A stretch of 62,246 nucleotides of DNA, counting the filler, from Dimargaris cristalligena (lineage: Eukaryota): NCBI GenBank assembly GCA_003614675.1. It is 4 parts of 4 records of this genome, joined end to end, with 100 filler letters (N's around TTAATTAATTAA, not from the genome) between each part and the next. Parts side by side here need not be neighbours in the genome. Positions count along the whole stretch, not along the records: positions 46,790 to 62,246 come from ML002888.1; 3 more parts are not named here. One strand, written 5' to 3'. Made by a program: the position numbers and the translations under genes. The notes beneath the pieces are model-generated. The model was not told where the DNA came from, searched no databases, and worked only from the letters and a program-made list of their open reading frames with translations. This document shows, piece after piece, positions 56,062 to 62,246 of the stretch (its first letter is position 1; each line of letters begins with the position of its first letter).

Positions 56062-58885
56062 TTATTTTTTTCGGTACAAGTAAAATACGGGCCGTCGAGA
56101 ACAGTGTAATCGCCAGATGGGAATCTTTGGTGTGGCGCCAAGAAGTGATACCACATTGAGCTGGAATTGACGATGGTGGCAAAATACAGATGTTGGGGAG
56201 AGTGTACCAACACAGTCCGCCACTACCACTGGCCCAAAGGATTCGACAGTCGATTCGGATGGTTGAGATTTACCGTATAACTCCATATCGGAATGCTCCC
56301 TAATCGCCCCTCTGGGGGACTCTTCCGATACAGACATTAGTCCAGAAATCCAAGGGAATTAATCTAATCTCGGACTTGTGCAGGAGAAATGGGTGTGGGA
56401 GAGGGAGAGGGGTATTGATAGGTGGTGATTTGTCCATTCATCAATACTGCTGCTGTTCCGGCTATATTGAAAAAGGAGAGGCATAGACCATAATGCAAAC
56501 CAACCACTACAAGAATATATGTATCTATTCGTGTACTATGAAGTCGGTACTTACCAAATGTAGCCCGATTTAGACCGGGCGGTGGCGGGCTAGGAGAACC
56601 GGATGAACAAAGCAGAAGCGCTCTGGGAAAATGAGAAGGCAATGGTGGAGGGTGTTTGGTTATGAGAAATCCAGAGAAGGGGAAACCCATTTCTGGTTAA
56701 AATACCTTCCTTTAATAATAACCTTTCCATATATACATAAGATTCAATCGTCATACCTTGGTGAAATGGACGCAGCAATGTGCCTAGAGAACGGCATCTG
56801 CAAGGCTTGGCGGTGTAAGTTATTTTCGGATTTTTGGGCTGTACCAAGTGGTTCAGGGGTAAGATACATAGCAAGAGAAGCGGAATTAAGAATACTGGTT
56901 GGGTGGGTGACCCATACGGATTTATTAAAGCCCCGATCCGGATTTCGGGCAATGGCCAAAGTGTACGAAGGCAACCGGGCTATACTCTCTAATAAGCCAG
57001 CCGGTCTACCCTCACCTTACCTAATTTCAGGGCATGACATGGCTTTGTTTTCTTTTTTCTCTTTCGAAGGGAGAGATGGTGGGTGGGGCAGGTTCATATT
57101 TACGAAGGCATCGGTCGTGGCTTCAATGTATCTAGCTGGCCTGTTTGCCATCTCGGGATGCTTGCTTGTGTGCGAGAATATTCGTTCATTGTGCGTGTAT
57201 ATATATATGTGTGTGAGTATATAAAAATGATCCATGGTGATTGCCTTGACCCACGCCTGTTCCGTAAACTTGCCCCCCAATGTATTATATCGGTTCGGAG
57301 GGAAATAACCAAATGGCAATGGACAAACAATACGTTAATTTTTTGGGGGGAGGGTCAGCGATGGCAATCACCTGCATGACTCGGATATTCCAATAACCAC
57401 CAAATGGTATCTGTATTTAATGCACCAAATACTGCCGCCGACAACGCCAGTGCAGACCCAGGCATCGAGATTAGGGGTAGGTTTGGGGACGCCTGAATCG
57501 CAGGCCTGGAAGGCTTTGGTTCTGCCATTCGTGACCCAGCCAACCGGGGATTCGGCACTGACGGTATCTCGAAATCGGGAGGAATAAAAGGTGAAACACT
57601 GTACCCATACCCATAGCCAACCGCGGCACTACCGATGACAGCGTGACTTGGGGTTGGGCGACTCCAATCCCGAACTAGAGCGACTGGAGGACAATGGTGC
57701 GAGAGTCGAAGGAGAGGAACGGTTTCGAACAGCCGTAGAGGACCGCGAAGGTGGGGCTTGTGTAACAAAGGTTGGCACTCTTGACAGGTAGTTAGTAGGT
57801 CATTGTCGAGTGCTGAATATCCACTTCCTTGGTGAGTATCGGTCGTAGGATTGGGTGGATAGGTGTTCTGAAAAAAGCGACAGGGAAAACTTTAACTATA
57901 AAGAGGTGTGTTGCCTAAACATCATCGAGACCAGGGGGGGAGGGAAATACGAAGGTTGGCCAACAGTATATGCTTGTGAATCACCGTGGCTGTATGCATC
58001 TCCACCTCAGGCTGCACATTGCAGCTTACATATAAAGTACGCCCACACCGCCGTTTCCTCCTTCGTTGCTCTTTTACGTTTACTTCTCTCTCTCTCTCCT
58101 TATTTTCCCGAGTCTATATGGTCATTTGTCCGGTTACGCTTTAGACAAGCCGTTCCCCTGTGTACACCGCCACCACCCGCTGTTTCTCTCCGACTCCCGC
58201 TATTATTTCCGGGTCTTCGTTCCATGCTCCGAGAGTGTCGATATAGCTGCACGCACCTAATCATTGTGGCTACTACTCCGCCTCGTACATTCTCCCAAAC
58301 CAACCGTGCGTCATTGCAATCGTCTCCAGGGTTCCTCCTTCTATTTTCCTGTATATAACTCCCTACGTTCTACTACTTTCTTGTCTATTCTGAAAATAGT
58401 CGCATATAATACTCCCCCCTTGGACCGTCCCCGTTTTTGCTACATGAATACATTGGCATTGTTGCCCATACCTATCCCGCTTCGCCGTCCTTTTATAAAC
58501 CTCGGTCCCACCACCCCCCTCTGGCCTTCTCTAATTCCCAGCTTCCACTTTTATTGCCTTATCTGAGTAACGTTAGCAGCCCCCCTGATACTCCCTATTT
58601 ATTCTTATCTCTTGTGAACTTTAAACGTGATTCAATTCTCCCTTCACCGTATCTCTTCCTTTAACAAAAGACTTTCCATCGTATCTCCCTGCCTTGCCGA
58701 AATTATAGCTACGGGCCTCATTTTTAAATTGCCCATCCTTTCCCCGCTTCGAGTATCGCCAAGTCCTTTGCAAGGTTGCTGGACATTGATTGGCGCCACA
58801 ATATTACTCGCACCCTTCATCGCCACAATTACATAGTAATATAGCCACGGCCTTATCTAGTTCTGGGAGCATTCCAGCTCGGATA

Positions 58886-61800
58886 ATGCCTATCGCCGTT
58901 CCCCAAAAAGAATCCCGGGCCATGAATGGTCTAGAGGCCCTGGCCTATCGGAGTTTCAACGTTCCCAAACCAGAGATCGTTCTCGACAAATCCGTATATC
59001 CGGCTGAACGAGGTAGGTTCTTTTTCTCATCGTATATTATACATATATATATATCTGTAGATCATCCATATCCCTTGACATGCACGGCCTGAGTGAAGTA
59101 ACAAACTGCATATGGTAAAATACGTGTAACCGCTAGTTTATTTACACCTATCCACATAAACGACTCTGGTGCGGATCTGGCTGGCTGAGAAGGGTATCCC
59201 AGAGATGGGTGGGGAATTGTGGAATCAGGTGCACAATACGCATGGCCGTTTTCATAATAAGGTGTGAATCCGTAGTGACCACCTTTTTACTCTACTCCAC
59301 CACCACCGCCCACCTCCTCTTGGGCTGTCCTAGACTCCTAACTGTGCATTTGGAAGTATATGACAATGTTCCGACTATCACTCCAGGGGGAGGGCTAAAC
59401 TGTCGCCATTCATCATACTTGGTCGGTTTACACCTAAATCGAGAGTGTATTTTTGAATTTCTGATCTCGTTTTCACACTAACACCCCCTGGCGGTGTAGT
59501 CTTGGTGATACGGAGTTGGCAGTCGACTGTTGCTTCCACTCTTTCCCCTGGTTTTTGTGATTCCCTACGCAACTCCGATGTGTAGTTCTTTTCTCGCCCA
59601 TTCAGAGTACCTACCTTCAAATTAAGTACCCATCAACCTATGGCTATGGGATGTACCATCTTCCAAAAGTCATTGACCATCATTATGCCCCTTACTCTTG
59701 TTAAACTTTTTACCACCAGATGAACTTCTTTGCGTTGCTGAAACCCTCCACAAATGCTTTCATAATGGTAAGTAGAGATAAATTCGTAGGGGGAATCAGA
59801 CCCAAACTCAGACGCAACCCCGAACCCCCCTTCCTTCCTACTTTGTAGAATGAAGTCATCTGACCAACTTAATGAATCCTGGAACTAAGTGATAGTTACA
59901 GGCAACTATGAGTCTCACCGTTCCATCGGTTCCAAGTGACTGACTTGAGGCCGCTCTTTCTCACCAACCCCCCTTGCTAACGCCAGTGTGTACTATGTAC
60001 CTCGCCCCTGGTTCTGTCACTGCCTCCTTTTCTATACACCCGTCTTGCTTATTCTCAGACCCCGTGACCGAATATATGCTTGACTCGGTCAAAGATGTAA
60101 GTCTTATATCACACACACCCTCTACCCTTAGGTAACCGGATACTACTATCTCTACTCGGGTGGGTCAATCGGTCACCGGGTGGTCGTGGGTGGATTTCCC
60201 TATAAAATTAGGATCGGATCAGCATGTTCTGAACCCCCCTGCCAATATATCCAGACATTTTCTGACCAGTGGGCGTATGTGTATATTTGCACCACCGACA
60301 ACCGACCCTTTGTTTGATCCCCCTCCCTGCAGTGGTCTCCTCTATTTACGATAATGAAAGTGGGGTTGGAAATGGAAGATAAATGGCAAAGACGAGGGCC
60401 AGAAAAGAAAAGAAGAGGGATTAGCTACTGTACAATAGGGCTATCGTACACTCGATAACCACTCAAGCGAGGAAATGTCTTGTCAATGGACTGCCTTATT
60501 GGGTCCCTATAGTTACTTGCCGTGATTGTCGCCCGCCTTCCTTCCCACGCCTTCTCCACCATTTTCATTTGACTTGCTTCACACAAATACTAACCCTCCC
60601 ATTTATGGATTCTCTTCTCCCACCCATGGTGCTGTTACTATCCTTGGATCACCTAGGTTGAGAAACGACCCTCTCTCCACCGGCGCTACTTCCAAATTCT
60701 AACCAATCTGGCCTACCTTCGGGGACATGTCCATCACGTCCACGACTTTAGCGGCGTTATCCTGTGGTTTCCGCCCAGTGTGACTCTCAGCAGCAATCCC
60801 CTCCACCTGATGCGGGCCGGTTTCTTTGACCTTCTCCGCCATTCAGGTTTGGAGGGATTCAAACGCTTCGCCACGGAACTCATGCCTCTCTGTGAACAGG
60901 TCAAGGCTCGCACCCTGGGCCCCAAGGCCAAATGCTACTACATCTTCGCCATGGCCGTTCTGGGGGCCTACGAGTCTCAGAACCTGGCCTTCCCTCTGAT
61001 GGAGCACGTTCTCCGCGAGGCTGACGAAAACCACTTGCCATGCCTTACCGAATGCTGTCGCCCTGAACTTCTCCCCCTCTATCTTGACTTTGGCTTCCTG
61101 ATTCTGGATGTACAGTACTTGGGCAAGGGGGATCAGGCTAAGAAAACCAAGATTTGGTTCCTTATTCGCGAACCTTATTCGAGCAAATCGACGGCCGCCC
61201 ATGACGACCATGACCACCATCATCACCTGTTCCATTCGTCCCGCTCTTCTAACAAGCGCCAGTCAACGCTAGTGGGGGATGGGGAGGAGATTATGCATAT
61301 TCACCACCACCACTCGGACCATACCCCACAGGACGCTCCCATCAATGGGGGCGATCATTTGTGCGACTCGAATCGACCCACAGCCACCTTCCAAGCTATA
61401 CCCACTTCACTCAGTGCCGGTATATCCCAACAACTCAAGAAGCGTGGCTCCCTCTTTGGTCTAGGGGCTATCAAAGGCTGGCGGCGGAGTAATCACAGTA
61501 AAAACCGGGTGCCCAGTCATCTCCGGGGTGAAACGTCAAATGCCAACCTGACTAGTGGTCCTCACCCCAAATCCGGCCACACCAGCCGCCCGTCACCGGT
61601 GACAAAGGCCACGCCAATCCCCTACCCTAGTCAAAACGCCCATCATCACACCCATCCCCAGCGACGAGGCGATCCCGAAATCCCAGTTAAACTAGAGGTG
61701 GCCATCCCCGCGTCGCTTCCTCGGGTGCCGACTCATCACGGTGACAATTTTGCACTAGGGGAAAGTGCCGATATTCAGCGGGCGGTCCCCCACTCGCTTC

Positions 61801-62237
61801 CGTCCCCCCGTCGCGGTGGGGTGTATTTTGCCCAATTCCACGACGAATCCCTCGGGGTAGATCTTTCACTACCATCTCAGCTCCCGGAAGGCACACCTAC
61901 GACCATGGTTGGGTTGGCGGACCCGAGTTATTTCGATTCGAGTCTTGAGGCGAGCACTCTACCGATCCCGCAGTTTGCAACTTTCCATCACCGCTACGAT
62001 TATCACTTTGGCAGTAGTCCACCACAGGAGGTGGATTTCGGCCCTTCAATTGAGACTGCCTACCAGCGCATCTCTTTCTCTGATGCCCAGTGTGGAACCC
62101 AGCCACCCCTGGCTGCCGTAGATCCCCATCATGATACCATTGCTGAGGATGTTGAAAGTGACCCGATGACTATGCTGCCACCCACTGGGCCCCTTCCCCC
62201 AATTCCTACCGAGCCGTTTATTACCACACCCTACTAA
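58886..62237 (+). CDS. GNAT-fold (N-acetyltransferase-like) protein with long disordered C-terminus; join(58886..59012,59720..59767,60059..60096,60657..62237)
   Basis: AETLHKCFHNDPVTEY, FSGVILWFPP, YYIFAMAV, LMEHVLREADENHLPCLTE, LYLDFGF; four exons in frame through GT-AG introns. Confidence 0.72.
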
Positions 62238-62246
62238 CCTGGTCGT

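Noticed and set aside
1-62246. tRNA, rRNA or snRNA genes
   Set aside because: None recognised by eye; a tRNAscan-SE/Infernal run would be needed to exclude them.

Overview
The window is four separate contigs (1-15518, 15619-31127, 31228-46689, 46790-62246; lengths 15518, 15509, 15462, 15457 bp, i.e. size-sorted) joined by identical artificial 100-bp spacers (44 N + TTAATTAATTAA + 44 N). Adjacency across the spacers therefore means nothing biologically. Contigs 1, 2 and 4 are fungal nuclear DNA with GT-AG introns; the gene set and style suggest an early-diverging fungus, which is inference. They encode NTF2, NDUFA8, a Cue5-like CUE protein, dCMP deaminase, a LAMMER kinase, a MATE transporter, glutaryl-CoA dehydrogenase, a gamma-tubulin complex (GCP) protein and a GNAT-fold protein. 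They also carry decayed CpG-poor repeats and a small MITE present in two copies. Contig 3 is very different: AT-rich, gene-dense, essentially intron-free and made of Nucleocytoviricota (giant virus) type genes. These include a penton-like structural protein, a PLOD-type glycosyltransferase, PCNA, a Skp1-like protein, a zinc-knuckle Nudix decapping enzyme, an SSB-like protein, DUF5832/DUF5767/DUF5759-like proteins and a patatin. This viral contig has its own DNA grammar: a 12-bp palindrome TTTATCGATAAA sits at gene 3' ends and forms two regularly spaced arrays. It also holds a small GC-rich island with an apparent spliceosomal intron, lying between two copies of a ~100-bp viral segment. Family names were recognised from motifs by eye, not by database search.
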